A DNA stretch of 64,000 nucleotides from a virus (IMGVR_UViG_3300032753_002463:32933-96932); one strand, 5' to 3'; numbered from the stretch's first letter, positions 19,632 through 30,447 are shown. Translations and numbers: made by a program. The notes: a model not told the origin generated them from the letters alone.

Positions 19632-22412
19632 TTACTGATCTTTATTTATTATCGGATAATCCCTATTAGGCAAGCCAAGATCTTTTCCTGGGACTGTAGG
19701 ATAAGCATCCTTATTTGCTCCAAAATTAGGCTCTATTTGATTAGGAGTAGAAGATATCGGATACACTCGAGAATTTATACTAGGATATGTAGAAATATTT
19801 TTTGGATAAATTTTTTCAGATGGTATATTAGTAGTAGTGGAAATATTATTATAATCATTTTCAGTGATATTAGAATAAACCCTAGATGGTAATCCAAAAT
19901 CAGTACTATTATTAGAATAAACGTCCTCCTTAGGTACTATAGAATTAGTAATTCCCTGATCCTCGTATTCATTATCTGAGATATTAGGATAAACCCTTCC
20001 TGGTAATCCTAAATCAATTCCTGGATCTGTTTTATATAAATCTTCTATAGGGGGATAAACTTTTCCTATCGTATTGGTGTAATCATTCTCTTCAATATGA
20101 GGATATACTCTATCAGGAAGACCTAAATCAACCCCAGGATCTGTTTTATACAAATCTTCATTGGGTATATTATATACTCTTCCTGGTAAACCTAAATCAC
20201 TTCCTGGATCATTTGGATATTCGTCAGCAACAATGCTTGGATAAACCCTATCAGGAAGACCTAAATCTGTACCCTCTACTGTAGGATAAACATCTTCTGA
20301 AGGTGTAGGATAAACCCTACTAGGCACGCCAAGATCACTTCCTGGATCATTTGGATATTCATCATCAACTATATTAGGATAAACTCTCGAAGGTAAGCCA
20401 AGATCAACACCTTCAACAGTAGGATAGGTATCTTCTGAAGGTGCAGGATAAACCCTATCCGGCACACCTAAATCGGCTCCTGGAACTGTAATATAATCAT
20501 CTTCTGTAATATTTGGATAAACTCTAGAAGGTAGCCCTAGATCTGTACCCTCGACTGTAGGATAAACATCCTCTGAAGGCGCAGGATAAACCCTATCCGG
20601 CACACCAAGATCACTACCAGGGTCATTTGTATACTCGTCATCAACTATATTTGGATAAACCCTATCAGGAAGACCTAGATCAACTCCCTCGACAGTAGGA
20701 TAAACATCCTCTGAAGGTGCAGGATAAACCCTATCAGGTACACCAAGAGCTGTAGCCTCATTAGAATAGTCTATATCATTAATTGTTGGATAAACTCTAG
20801 ATGGTAATCCAAGGTCTGTTCCCGGGTTATTAGAATAAACATCCTCGCTAGGAGTACTATAAATCCTATTTGGTACACCAAGAGCTGCACCTTCATTAGA
20901 ATAATCAACATCACTAATACTAGGATAGACCCTAGATGGTAACCCTAATGATCCGGTAGAGGAAGGATTATTTGTTATGGATTGTATTGCACCTGATACA
21001 TTTCCTTGCCCAAGATTACTAATTCCTTGTGTTAGTGAGGATAAAAGACTACCCTGGTAAACATTACCTAATACTGCTTGTGATACGATAGGAGAATATT
21101 TTTGTATTACAGAAGATACTGAATTATTGATAAAATTATTTGCTAATTTAGCAAACAAATTACCATCATTATTTACGCTATAATCAGTAGCTAATGTAGA
21201 TCCAGCTAAATTCCAGCTGTCTGCTATTAGTATTGGAGAAAATTGGGATTGATTTTGTAATAAATCCGATAATATGTTATATTGTAACTTCTTTTCTATT
21301 ATTTTACCGACGTGAATTTTGAATCTATTATCGACAGGCTTTCTATTATCTGCATTACTTAATGTACTTGGTATATGAGCATACTCATCAAAATCAAATT
21401 CGCACTGATCTAATTGATACATGAATATGTATGGCTCCAATTTAGAAAGACTTCCATAAACACTATCCCTAGATTGCAACGGATCGCTAGCATTAGGTGG
21501 ACCTGCTGGTGTGTTTAATATGCCGGATGATTGAGCAATATTCCCAACAGTTGTAGTTAGATTACTAATAGCAGAATTACCAAATGGATTTAATACATCT
21601 GTTAAATTGCTAGTTAGATGCATATTTCTTAGCTCTGTAACAATTATCCACATTCGAAATTTTCTAAGGTTTTGTGGTATTACAGATTTAAGATTTATAG
21701 TGTCATAAGTAGCCTTTCTATATAAATCTGCCATAGCAGTTACTCTTAAATCAATTGAATCCAAACAATTGAATGTTAAAATTCCACTCCTGGATATTTT
21801 TTCTTTCACAGAATCACCCGCATATGATCTGGACTGTGGTATTTTTAATAAAGAATCTAATCCTTCTACTGATTGAATAAACCAGGGGCTTTTAGCATTA
21901 ATACCCTGCAATATGTTTCTAAAACCAATTAAAGCATCTGCTCTATTGGAGCTAGACTGAGCAGAAGATCCGCCGCCTGGTGCACTACCATTTTCTGCAC
22001 TGGACCTCCTTTGTGTTAGATATCCTTTAGCGCTATAGAAATAAAAATTCTGGGTAACATTAGGGACTAAATTATTTTGTTTATCAGTTCCACTAATACT
22101 TACCCTGATTTGCTTAGATAATGAAAAATAATCTACACCAGCACCAATATGTGGCATGTTTATCTGATCTGCAACACAAAGTAATGGACTTATAGGTAAA
22201 AATGTTTCTTGGTCTACAGAATTACCTGGATTTAAATCAAATAATAATCTGAATCCAAGATATGTAGGATCCTCTTTCTGACCAGATGTAGTAGTTTGAA
22301 GTCCTGTGAGAAAATTATTCCTATCTTTATCCACACCAGTATTCAATAGACTATTACCTGGATTACCAGAAGCGGGAAAATTTTGTTGTAGTCCGTTTAG
22401 AAAGTCTGCCAT
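19632..22412 (-). CDS. Tail/baseplate protein with long C-terminal tandem peptide repeats
   Basis: 926 aa in the baseplate hub operon; globular N-terminal domain, then ~15 LG(L/V)PxRVYP repeats. Confidence 0.6.
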   Translation of the reverse strand: MADFLNGLQQNFPASGNPGNSLLNTGVDKDRNNFLTGLQTTTSGQKEDPTYLGFRLLFDLNPGNSVDQETFLPISPLLCVADQINMPHIGAGVDYFSLSKQIRVSISGTDKQNNLVPNVTQNFYFYSAKGYLTQRRSSAENGSAPGGGSSAQSSSNRADALIGFRNILQGINAKSPWFIQSVEGLDSLLKIPQSRSYAGDSVKEKISRSGILTFNCLDSIDLRVTAMADLYRKATYDTINLKSVIPQNLRKFRMWIIVTELRNMHLTSNLTDVLNPFGNSAISNLTTTVGNIAQSSGILNTPAGPPNASDPLQSRDSVYGSLSKLEPYIFMYQLDQCEFDFDEYAHIPSTLSNADNRKPVDNRFKIHVGKIIEKKLQYNILSDLLQNQSQFSPILIADSWNLAGSTLATDYSVNNDGNLFAKLANNFINNSVSSVIQKYSPIVSQAVLGNVYQGSLLSSLTQGISNLGQGNVSGAIQSITNNPSSTGSLGLPSRVYPSISDVDYSNEGAALGVPNRIYSTPSEDVYSNNPGTDLGLPSRVYPTINDIDYSNEATALGVPDRVYPAPSEDVYPTVEGVDLGLPDRVYPNIVDDEYTNDPGSDLGVPDRVYPAPSEDVYPTVEGTDLGLPSRVYPNITEDDYITVPGADLGVPDRVYPAPSEDTYPTVEGVDLGLPSRVYPNIVDDEYPNDPGSDLGVPSRVYPTPSEDVYPTVEGTDLGLPDRVYPSIVADEYPNDPGSDLGLPGRVYNIPNEDLYKTDPGVDLGLPDRVYPHIEENDYTNTIGKVYPPIEDLYKTDPGIDLGLPGRVYPNISDNEYEDQGITNSIVPKEDVYSNNSTDFGLPSRVYSNITENDYNNISTTTNIPSEKIYPKNISTYPSINSRVYPISSTPNQIEPNFGANKDAYPTVPGKDLGLPNRDYPIINKDQ
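19656..20948 (-). repeat. Coding tandem repeat, 66-69 bp (22-23 aa) units alternating A/B
   Basis: DLGLPDRVYPNIVDDEYPNDPGS / DLGVPDRVYPAPSEDVYPTVEGT. Confidence 0.9.
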
Positions 22413-22413
22413 T

Positions 22414-23925
22414 TTAGCTTGTTACTGGTTCAGGTACAGAAGCAACGCCGTCGTTAATGGTCCATTGTCTTTTCCCTAGCCTTAATATTGTTTTTAGTTC
22501 TCCTCCCCTAAATTCGATTGAAGTTCCTAGTATTATATATTTACCACTTAAGAATACATTTAAAACTGTTTCACCTGCATAGGATTTTTTGTCCTGCTCT
22601 ACCGGACCAATTTGCCCGGCTACATCCTTAGGTGAGGTATGTACTATTCTCACTGGAACATATTGGCCCCTATAAATCCATGGTACATAGGATCCTAATT
22701 CAATATCTATGAAAATTTTATAATTCTCCAGCTTATTTATTAGATTTTGTACTGGTGCCTGATGTATGTTTTTATGTGTATTGTCAAAATATCTAACACC
22801 CGCCCATTCCTTCTTGTATTCATCCAGATAAACACTTTCGTTTGGTCTTCCTCTTAATATGATGTCATTATTTCCTAGTGTTTTAGGTGTTACTGATTCA
22901 ATTGGATATTTAACATATTTTTCTCCTGGTGTTGGAACATCTAAATTTGCACTATAGAACTCAAGAAAAGTTTTATATCCATATTTATTAACAACATAGC
23001 CTGCACTATTAGAAACAGTATAGGATTTTATAAAAAATGGATATGTACCCCATTGTGGATCATTGGTTAAAAGTAACGGAAATTGTGCGTCACTAGTTTT
23101 TTGATTTGAATCTAATCCTCCTACTAAACCGTAGCTTGGTCCAATATTTGCTAAAATTGTATCACCTTCTGGGTCTGTTGAATCTTCCCCGAATAATTGT
23201 TTGTTAATATTAACAAATGTCAGATTATAATATGGATCAATCCACCAATCAAATGCATCCTCCTCTGATTTCCAAGATTTGGAAACTACAGAGTCTATAA
23301 ATTCTAAATTCGGTAAATTCGGATTAATCCATGTCATCTTGTCAGCTGTATTAGACTCATTGGAAGAAAATCCCAAATTAAGGTCCTTAGCAACTTTTCT
23401 TAATGTTTCCCACGATGTCATTCCACTATAGGCTTGGCAATTATGTTGGAATATTCTTGGTATCCTTAATTGAGCTTTAACGATAAAAGTATAATAGACA
23501 GAGGATCCTTTGTAATTTTCTGGCATACCATCAATTGCCTCTGGTCCTGGACCTGTTACCTCTACTATAGTATAGTCATGTCTTATTGGTTTATATGCTT
23601 CTGAATGGGATTTTAAATAAAGACATAAGAGATCTCCATCTTTTGGATATCCAGTAAATAAAAATTGGGTTTCATAAATTTTAAATACCACTAACAATTC
23701 GGGTAAAACAGAATTCATATCTATTTTAAGATATTCAATTGCTCTAACGGTAAATGAATTAATATTGATGAATGGCATCAATGCTCCAATAGTCATTTCT
23801 TGCCTATCACTAGAAGCAGCTACCTTTTGCTTATCGTCTGCTTTATAAACATCAATAATACTCAATTCATCCAAAACTATAGTAGGTGGATCATATTGTA
23901 GTATTGCTTTTTTTTCGTTAATCAT
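22414..23925 (-). CDS. Probable baseplate hub protein (gp27-like)
   Basis: Lies between gp53-like and spike genes; TSWETLRKVAKDLNLGF..N, WINPN, LSGKYIILG motifs typical of hub proteins. Confidence 0.5.
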   Translation of the reverse strand: MINEKKAILQYDPPTIVLDELSIIDVYKADDKQKVAASSDRQEMTIGALMPFININSFTVRAIEYLKIDMNSVLPELLVVFKIYETQFLFTGYPKDGDLLCLYLKSHSEAYKPIRHDYTIVEVTGPGPEAIDGMPENYKGSSVYYTFIVKAQLRIPRIFQHNCQAYSGMTSWETLRKVAKDLNLGFSSNESNTADKMTWINPNLPNLEFIDSVVSKSWKSEEDAFDWWIDPYYNLTFVNINKQLFGEDSTDPEGDTILANIGPSYGLVGGLDSNQKTSDAQFPLLLTNDPQWGTYPFFIKSYTVSNSAGYVVNKYGYKTFLEFYSANLDVPTPGEKYVKYPIESVTPKTLGNNDIILRGRPNESVYLDEYKKEWAGVRYFDNTHKNIHQAPVQNLINKLENYKIFIDIELGSYVPWIYRGQYVPVRIVHTSPKDVAGQIGPVEQDKKSYAGETVLNVFLSGKYIILGTSIEFRGGELKTILRLGKRQWTINDGVASVPEPVTS

Positions 23926-24536
23926 TATGAACTAAATAAATTTTTCTTAGCAATTATTGCTTTAGTATTTGCAAGTGCAGTATTATTACTATTAGCTGTT
24001 CTAGAGATACCAATACTAGCACCAAAAATTAATTTTCCATTAACAACTTGGAATTGCTGATCACTAGGACCAGCAATATTTGGTGGTAAAGGTGTTGGAT
24101 TAGCAGAGGAAACATTAGTTGCATTCAAGTATGTTTGTCTTTCTGTTGATACCTGTGATATTCTACTAACTAATTGTTGTCTAAAACTAATTCTATCTTG
24201 TGTAGCTGCTGTTGTACCTCCAGCCGCTGGTGCTGCGGCAAGTAATGAGGTCATACTATTAGTAGAAGGAATTAGTAAAATATCTCCTGCATTTAATGAA
24301 AATGGATTAGATATAGAATTTAATTTCAGCAGAAGTCCCATATTATCCTGATTACCAGTATATAATTTACTAAATAAATCCGGCCTCATCTGAAATTCTG
24401 TTGGGCATACAGCTATATTAGAAAAAGAAACAGTACCTTGTGTTGGAGAACTAATAGAAGATGATGTAAGATCCACTATTTGTTGTCCATTTACTGTATT
24501 AATTGGTTTAACTGATAATACATCTATTGATAGCAT
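23925..24536 (-). CDS. Baseplate wedge gp53/LysM-like protein
   Basis: RPDLFSKLY......LLKLNSISNPFSLNAGDILLIP. Confidence 0.75.
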   Translation of the reverse strand: MLSIDVLSVKPINTVNGQQIVDLTSSSISSPTQGTVSFSNIAVCPTEFQMRPDLFSKLYTGNQDNMGLLLKLNSISNPFSLNAGDILLIPSTNSMTSLLAAAPAAGGTTAATQDRISFRQQLVSRISQVSTERQTYLNATNVSSANPTPLPPNIAGPSDQQFQVVNGKLIFGASIGISRTANSNNTALANTKAIIAKKNLFSS

Positions 24537-24549
24537 TCTTTATATTTTA

Positions 24550-26385
24550 TTATTCTCCAGTAGAAGCAAAATTGGAAACAACATTTTTTGTGTTATTAAG
24601 ATTTTGAGCGTCCGGATTTTTACCTGTTGGTGTAATATAACCTTGTGTAGAGCTTGTTTCTGGGAATTGACCAAGATACATTCTACCATTACCCCTATTA
24701 AACATACTTTCATATTCTCCCCTATGCCTTGTTCTAGCATGTCTTAATTCATAAACAGCGGTCATTCCTGTTGGAAAATCATCTGGTCCTAATTGACTAT
24801 CAAAGGTTATTTTAACTTGGTGACAAATTAAATTACCGATCATTGCTATTGGATTAAGGGGATTACCAACTACTAAATGCCAGTCACCTGTTGGATATCC
24901 ACTTAACATTAAAGGCTCATAAAAAATATTATTTAACATATTCTCTGTTAAAAGAAGTGTTAATGATTTATATAATCTGCCTTTTTCGTCTATTTTACCA
25001 GTTTGCTTAAATTGATCAAATTCCTGCCTTAAATCCAATAATTGTTTTTGATAATCCTTTGTTTTAGCCGCTACTGCTTCAGAGTGGCTTTTTTGGATTA
25101 AATCTGCAATCCATCTAACGGGATCCGTAATATATTGCTTATATCCTTTAGGCCCACCAGGAAATGAAAACCCCATTGTATTCGGATTTTCAAGGATCTG
25201 TGGAGTTAAAAATTTGCCATAATCTGTACCTAATGCTAATAGATTTGTTAATAGATCCATAAATAGCATTCTACTATTAATATCAGATACTGAAGTAAGA
25301 TCATATTTGAAGGTAACATTAAAAGAACTAGCTTTACCTGTTACACCTACCCCTCTAACATACATTTCATTAACAGTATTAATATCAACAAAGATTCTTT
25401 GACTTAGTGGATTAGACCCTTCCCTTAGATTATTATATAGATTCCTAGCATAAACCTTTTCGATATTATTAGGATCTAAAATTGCTCCACCAACAGTATT
25501 TGTTCCCTGTATGGCAGAATTTATATCAGAATTGAAGAGAGCTTTAAAAACACTACCAAATCCATTATAAAAACCAGGATCATTTTTAGTATAATTAGCA
25601 AAATCCTTTTGTCTTTTTGGTGTCCAGGTTAATCCACTTTCTATACCTATTATATCATTTAAATTATTACCAGTACCTTCACCAAAATAGCTAATAGCTT
25701 GACATATCGGAACATTAATCTGATTTTTTGCTAAATCACTTTTCGTAAAGCCGCTGAAATCTTGAGATATAACCTGACCATTTTGTGACGAAGGGTATTG
25801 TGCAGAAAGAGGAACCTTTAGATTATCGAACACAGGGGTAGGAAATCTTCTAAGTGTAATCATCCTATTATTAGGAATATTACCATATTCTTTACAGAAG
25901 ATGAAGTCCTTTGGATTATAAGGTTGACCAATAAAGGGACTGTTTGGATCTAAGTAGGATCCATTAATAGTAGTAGCATTAATAATATTAAAAGCTGTAG
26001 GATTCCTACTATTATCAGGGCTTACAATCTGACTATTAGAATACTTCTCTGAACCTTTGTACGAAAATTGTGTAGATGGTCCACTAGTAGTCAGATCTGG
26101 ATTATTAGTGGGATATGATGTCCCTAAAAGATAATAATTAAACAATCCACTAGGAGCACCTAGTTCACCTTCTGTAAATTCATAGAATAAACTTTTTGGT
26201 AAATTAAGATTTCCCCCCTCTGCAGGAAATCCACCATTAGGGCTATCGCCAGGAAATTGTGTAATGTATTTTCCTGCCTGTGTAGAAAGATCAAGATTAG
26301 GAGCACCTCCCCAAAGAGCTACTTGTGTTGGTTGACTATTACTGGATGATGTAGGAACATCTGCACTAATTGCGCTAAGATACAT
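24550..26385 (-). CDS. Probable tail tube initiator/baseplate protein
   Basis: First gene of the hub operon; WHLVVGNPLNPIAMIGNLIC...LGPDDFP; AATATATA motif upstream. Confidence 0.4.
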   Translation of the reverse strand: MYLSAISADVPTSSSNSQPTQVALWGGAPNLDLSTQAGKYITQFPGDSPNGGFPAEGGNLNLPKSLFYEFTEGELGAPSGLFNYYLLGTSYPTNNPDLTTSGPSTQFSYKGSEKYSNSQIVSPDNSRNPTAFNIINATTINGSYLDPNSPFIGQPYNPKDFIFCKEYGNIPNNRMITLRRFPTPVFDNLKVPLSAQYPSSQNGQVISQDFSGFTKSDLAKNQINVPICQAISYFGEGTGNNLNDIIGIESGLTWTPKRQKDFANYTKNDPGFYNGFGSVFKALFNSDINSAIQGTNTVGGAILDPNNIEKVYARNLYNNLREGSNPLSQRIFVDINTVNEMYVRGVGVTGKASSFNVTFKYDLTSVSDINSRMLFMDLLTNLLALGTDYGKFLTPQILENPNTMGFSFPGGPKGYKQYITDPVRWIADLIQKSHSEAVAAKTKDYQKQLLDLRQEFDQFKQTGKIDEKGRLYKSLTLLLTENMLNNIFYEPLMLSGYPTGDWHLVVGNPLNPIAMIGNLICHQVKITFDSQLGPDDFPTGMTAVYELRHARTRHRGEYESMFNRGNGRMYLGQFPETSSTQGYITPTGKNPDAQNLNNTKNVVSNFASTGE

Positions 26386-26433
26386 TTTGTTTGATATTTC
26401 TTATATATATTTTAGTCTCTAAAAAGGACTAAA

Positions 26434-26790
26434 TTATATCTTAAAAGCTTCTACCACAACATTTTTAATCTTGTTTTCCGAGATTAGCTCCTTTAATGCT
26501 TTAATTTTATCTTTTGAAGGATTAGTAAAATGCAAATATACTACATCATACCTAGAGGTTAGAAAGGATTCAATTTTTTTTACCATCATTTGATTTAATA
26601 TCCAATATTGGGTATTATTCAGTTCAGATGTGTTTTCAAAATTTTCCTGCACTAATTTATTCATATCAAGAAAGTAAGATTTTTCTTCTTCTATTTTGAC
26701 TTTCTTAATTTCCTTATACGTTAGGTTAGTAAGGTGTATTTTCAACTCTACAGTAGTTTTATTCACTATCATTATTATCAGGTTTAACAA
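26434..26790 (-). CDS. Hypothetical protein
   Basis: ORF; start may be 26772. Confidence 0.55.
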   Translation of the reverse strand: MLNLIIMIVNKTTVELKIHLTNLTYKEIKKVKIEEEKSYFLDMNKLVQENFENTSELNNTQYWILNQMMVKKIESFLTSRYDVVYLHFTNPSKDKIKALKELISENKIKNVVVEAFKI

Positions 26791-27007
26791 TATCAGACCA
26801 TTCTAGATCAGTAGATTGCGGTTTGTTTTCCTTCTTGTCTGCTTTTAATTGCTTGTTATGGTTTTCTTGGAGATGTGCTTGATGAATAGCTTGTCCTGCT
26901 CTAATAGTCCTTTCTAATTGTTCAGACCATTGCTTAAAAGTAGGATCCTTTTTAACTAATCCAAATTTCCGGGCCATTTCTCTCCTTTGTCTTCTTGATG
27001 GTAACAT
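26759..27007 (-). CDS. Small protein with Arg-rich N terminus (SRRQRREMARK)
   Basis: 82-aa ORF in the operon. Confidence 0.65.
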   Translation of the reverse strand: MLPSRRQRREMARKFGLVKKDPTFKQWSEQLERTIRAGQAIHQAHLQENHNKQLKADKKENKPQSTDLEWSDIVKPDNNDSE

Positions 27008-27009
27008 AA

Positions 27010-27513
27010 TTATTTAGTTGAATTATTGTTTAAAAGTTTAAATTGAAAAGTCTTCAGAAAGAGACTGTGTATAATTGCATTATCACAGTCTAAGGCTTGC
27101 GATACTTTGACCAAACTGAAGTCCTCAATATTATCATTGTTTTCATTTTCTTCAGCAATTAAGCCGGTGATATTAACACTAAACGAAGGCATGCCAGAGG
27201 AGTCATAATTTGAGGATTCAATTAATCCAAGAAATTCCCATTTATCAGTTTCTTCCATACGAAATCCTGTTATCTCATTCAATCCTCTTTTAGCTGTTGA
27301 AAATATATCAGAGTCCTCGTCTGCAATATTAATCATTATTGGAATAAATGGTTCATTATCACCAATAACACCAAGTTTATCAGGATATCCATTCTCAGAA
27401 ACAGTATATGGTAAAATAAGAACATATTGCATAATATGTTCTAAATTATAAGTTACTCCATCAGAAGTAAGCTTAATCTGCTTGTCCTGGTATAGTGTTT
27501 TGAGTTCTAACAT
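27010..27513 (-). CDS. Degenerate Nudix-fold protein
   Basis: STAKRGLNEITGF...WEFLG resembles the Nudix box AxRELxEETG. Confidence 0.5.
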   Translation of the reverse strand: MLELKTLYQDKQIKLTSDGVTYNLEHIMQYVLILPYTVSENGYPDKLGVIGDNEPFIPIMINIADEDSDIFSTAKRGLNEITGFRMEETDKWEFLGLIESSNYDSSGMPSFSVNITGLIAEENENNDNIEDFSLVKVSQALDCDNAIIHSLFLKTFQFKLLNNNSTK

Positions 27514-28090
27514 TTTTTACTGGAGTTATTTTTGCTAAATATATATCCTTTATAGCTTTTTTTAAAGCATCCCTAACTACCTCGATATCAAGATCCTTTG
27601 TTACATAATCAATTATCTCGTCTTCTGCATTTTCAAAGCTAGATATTATTACATCCCATAAAGCTTTCTTAGGAAGATTTATTGTTAAATTAAGGTCAAC
27701 ATCTACCCAATTTTCTTTTTGTTTCTTTAAAAGAGATGCAATAGCAGATTCTTCTTTTACTATCGTGTGCAATTCACTCCTCCCAGCACGTTTTGATGTA
27801 TTAGGTGCTTGTTTTGCAGGTTCAACTTTATCGAATGCGGTTTCATAAAAACCTTTTTCTACTTTTACCATATATTCATCCAATAGTGCTAATGATATAC
27901 GGCTTCCATCAGTAAAAACAAGATACTGTTGTCCATTAACTTCTATAACCTCTTTATAATGGTGTACATATCCAACACTATCGCCCTTGATCCATTGGTA
28001 TGAATAATTATCTAAATCGCTATGTGGATCCATATTACTATCTTTATTTGTGTTTCCCATGCCTAACATTTTTTTTATCAGATTTATCAT
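27473..28090 (-). CDS. Hypothetical protein
   Basis: 205-aa ORF. Confidence 0.65.
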   Translation of the reverse strand: MINLIKKMLGMGNTNKDSNMDPHSDLDNYSYQWIKGDSVGYVHHYKEVIEVNGQQYLVFTDGSRISLALLDEYMVKVEKGFYETAFDKVEPAKQAPNTSKRAGRSELHTIVKEESAIASLLKKQKENWVDVDLNLTINLPKKALWDVIISSFENAEDEIIDYVTKDLDIEVVRDALKKAIKDIYLAKITPVKNVRTQNTIPGQAD

Positions 28091-28092
28091 GG

Positions 28093-28350
28093 CTAATCCT
28101 CCTCTATTTTACAGATATAACCCTGCCCAATTAAATTTTTAACCCAATCTAAATAATCTTTACCTACTATCCATCTTTTATCGGGCTTCTTCTTATTGAC
28201 AATTTTCTCTGCTATTGCCAAATTGTCAAGAACTTTATCCGGATGCCTATAAATTTTCCATATTGTTCTTTTACCAGGACATGCTAAGTACAGATGTTTA
28301 CCATATTCAGGAAGTTCAGGAAATTCTAATTCTATAGTCACATCTGGCAT
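28093..28350 (-). CDS. Hypothetical protein
   Basis: 85-aa ORF. Confidence 0.6.
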   Translation of the reverse strand: MPDVTIELEFPELPEYGKHLYLACPGKRTIWKIYRHPDKVLDNLAIAEKIVNKKKPDKRWIVGKDYLDWVKNLIGQGYICKIEED

Positions 28351-28385
28351 TATATTTACTTATATCATGATTGATCAATAAGATT

Positions 28386-29090
28386 TCAAGATCCCCACTT
28401 TTTAGAAAAAATATCTTGAGCTTCGTATGTAAGAGAATATAATTCCTTTTCGTTAGTAACTATTTCTTTTGTTGTTTTACCTATAATATTATTATGATGC
28501 TCTACAATAGAAGTAGTTACTATCATATGATCTATATGAAATTTTTGAAGTGTCATTGCATAATCATTATCTGAATACCAATGAATAAAATTTTCGTCCA
28601 GGTCTCCTATTATATTATATATACTCCTTTTTTGAACAATACACCAACCAGAAATATGCTGTCTAATAACATAACCTTTAATTAGTCCACTATTAATTTG
28701 TATACCATATTGAGGTTGGGTTTTTGGACAGATCGGACTGAATGAGAGGTAATTAGGATTATATTCAGAAGCCTGAAATATTTTCGATGCCCAATTCTTT
28801 TTAAAAATTAGATCATTGTTGCAAAGTGCAACAAATTCAGAAATACCTTTCTTCCTACCTAAATTTAGGTATTTATGATATCCATAAGATGTATCAGGTC
28901 TTATTGTTTCTATTGTCATATTTGGCTTATGATATCCTTCCCAATAAATGTCTGGCTGTGATTCGACTACTACAACATTAAAGTTAACATCTTCCTCTGA
29001 TTCACCTAAACTTATTAAACTATTAACAGTTAATTTATGGCAATTATTATTTTTTGCATAGCTTACTATGACTACATCCATGTCTCTCAT
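28386..29090 (-). CDS. GT2-family glycosyltransferase
   Basis: DVVIVSY, LCNND, GDLDENFIHWYSDNDY. Confidence 0.85.
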   Translation of the reverse strand: MRDMDVVIVSYAKNNNCHKLTVNSLISLGESEEDVNFNVVVVESQPDIYWEGYHKPNMTIETIRPDTSYGYHKYLNLGRKKGISEFVALCNNDLIFKKNWASKIFQASEYNPNYLSFSPICPKTQPQYGIQINSGLIKGYVIRQHISGWCIVQKRSIYNIIGDLDENFIHWYSDNDYAMTLQKFHIDHMIVTTSIVEHHNNIIGKTTKEIVTNEKELYSLTYEAQDIFSKKWGS

Positions 29091-29869
29091 TAGTCAAATT
29101 GTTTTTTTATAATTTCAGAAATAAGATAGGCTTCATTTGCCCATTTAATTCCATCATCGATGTGTAATATGGTCTCTTTATCCGAAAGAGACTTCTCGGG
29201 GGTAGTGTGTACCTCCATAAATATACCATCACCTCCAGATACAACTGCCTGCCTCATTAAAATTCTAGAGAGGGATTTATCTGATCCATGGGTTATTCCA
29301 GTAGATTGATTTGGTTTTTGTAAACTGTGTGTAGTATCTAAAATAACAGCGCATTGGCATGAATTCTTTAATCTTGGGATGGAAGTAGAATCTACTACTA
29401 AATCATTGTAACCAAAAGTAGTACCCCTTTCTGTAACCCAAACTGCAGAAGCCCCGGAAGATAATGCCTTTTCGACACTAAAAGCCATAGCTTCTGGACT
29501 CATAAATTGCCCTTTTTTAATATTAACTATCTTCCCTGTTTTACCAGCTGCAACAATTAGATCCGTTTGTCTACATAAAAAAGCTGGTATCTGAATAACA
29601 TCAACAAAATCTAATTCTAATAGATCTTCAACCGTATGTATATCAGTACAAATTTGTAGATTATATGCTATTTTAATTTTTCTAAGAATATCTATACTTT
29701 CTTTATAAGGTAATCCGGAAAAACTTTTTATACTTGTTCTATTTGCTTTTTTAAAGCTCGCTTTAAAATAGAAATTTATACCTAGGCTTAGATTATTTTT
29801 TAATCTTTTAGCGATAGACATTGTTATTTCTTCACTTTCTATTATACAGGGGCCTGCTATTAATTTCAT
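29090..29869 (-). CDS. kdsA: KDO-8-phosphate synthase
   Basis: IAGPCIIES, KASF.KANRTS, QIPAFLCRQTDL, NIKKGQF, ERGTTFGYNDLVVD, D.THSLQ.P. Confidence 0.95.
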   Translation of the reverse strand: MKLIAGPCIIESEEITMSIAKRLKNNLSLGINFYFKASFKKANRTSIKSFSGLPYKESIDILRKIKIAYNLQICTDIHTVEDLLELDFVDVIQIPAFLCRQTDLIVAAGKTGKIVNIKKGQFMSPEAMAFSVEKALSSGASAVWVTERGTTFGYNDLVVDSTSIPRLKNSCQCAVILDTTHSLQKPNQSTGITHGSDKSLSRILMRQAVVSGGDGIFMEVHTTPEKSLSDKETILHIDDGIKWANEAYLISEIIKKQFD

Positions 29870-30447
29870 ATTTGCGTTGATTTTTTATACAAATAACCTC
29901 CATGGTGACGTTTAGAATAATCTTCTTTAGTAAATTCTATTTTTTCCATTAATCCAACTACAATTAAATCACATATAATTGACATACATGTTGTCGATGT
30001 TGTAGGTGTTAACCCTAAAGGGCATATTTCATCTACTGGTCCATAAATAATAGAATAGTCACAAAGGGACTGAATTTCTGAATCTGGGGATCCCACTAAA
30101 GCGTATATTTCTATAATTGGTTGTAGTTCTTTACAGAGATGTATGAATTCAATAACCTCTCGAGTTTTTCCAGAATTTGATATTACAATAACAATATCAT
30201 TTTTATCAATCATTCCTAAATCTCCGTGCTGAGCTTCTGCAGGATGAATAAAAAAAGAAGGGGTCCCAGTAGAGCTTAATGTGGTTGCAAGAGTATGAGC
30301 AATCTGTCCAGCTTTGCCCATGCCGCAAGTAACTACCTTACCGCATCTACCAGGTATGGATAAAAGCTCGACTAATTTTTCTACTTGCTCTGTTGGGATT
30401 TTCTTAATAGCTTCTATTTCCTGATATATTAATTCCTTGAAGTTCAT
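29866..30447 (-). CDS. kdsD: Arabinose-5-phosphate isomerase (SIS domain only, no CBS)
   Basis: GMGKAG, TLSSTGTPSFFIHPAEAQHGDLG, SNSGKT.E, CPLGLTPTTSTT, HHGG.L. Confidence 0.9.
   Translation of the reverse strand: MNFKELIYQEIEAIKKIPTEQVEKLVELLSIPGRCGKVVTCGMGKAGQIAHTLATTLSSTGTPSFFIHPAEAQHGDLGMIDKNDIVIVISNSGKTREVIEFIHLCKELQPIIEIYALVGSPDSEIQSLCDYSIIYGPVDEICPLGLTPTTSTTCMSIICDLIVVGLMEKIEFTKEDYSKRHHGGYLYKKSTQI

Noticed and set aside
19656-20948. Regularly spaced DNA repeats resembling a CRISPR array
   Set aside because: In-frame coding repeats with synonymous variation; the intervening segments are themselves repeated; no cas genes
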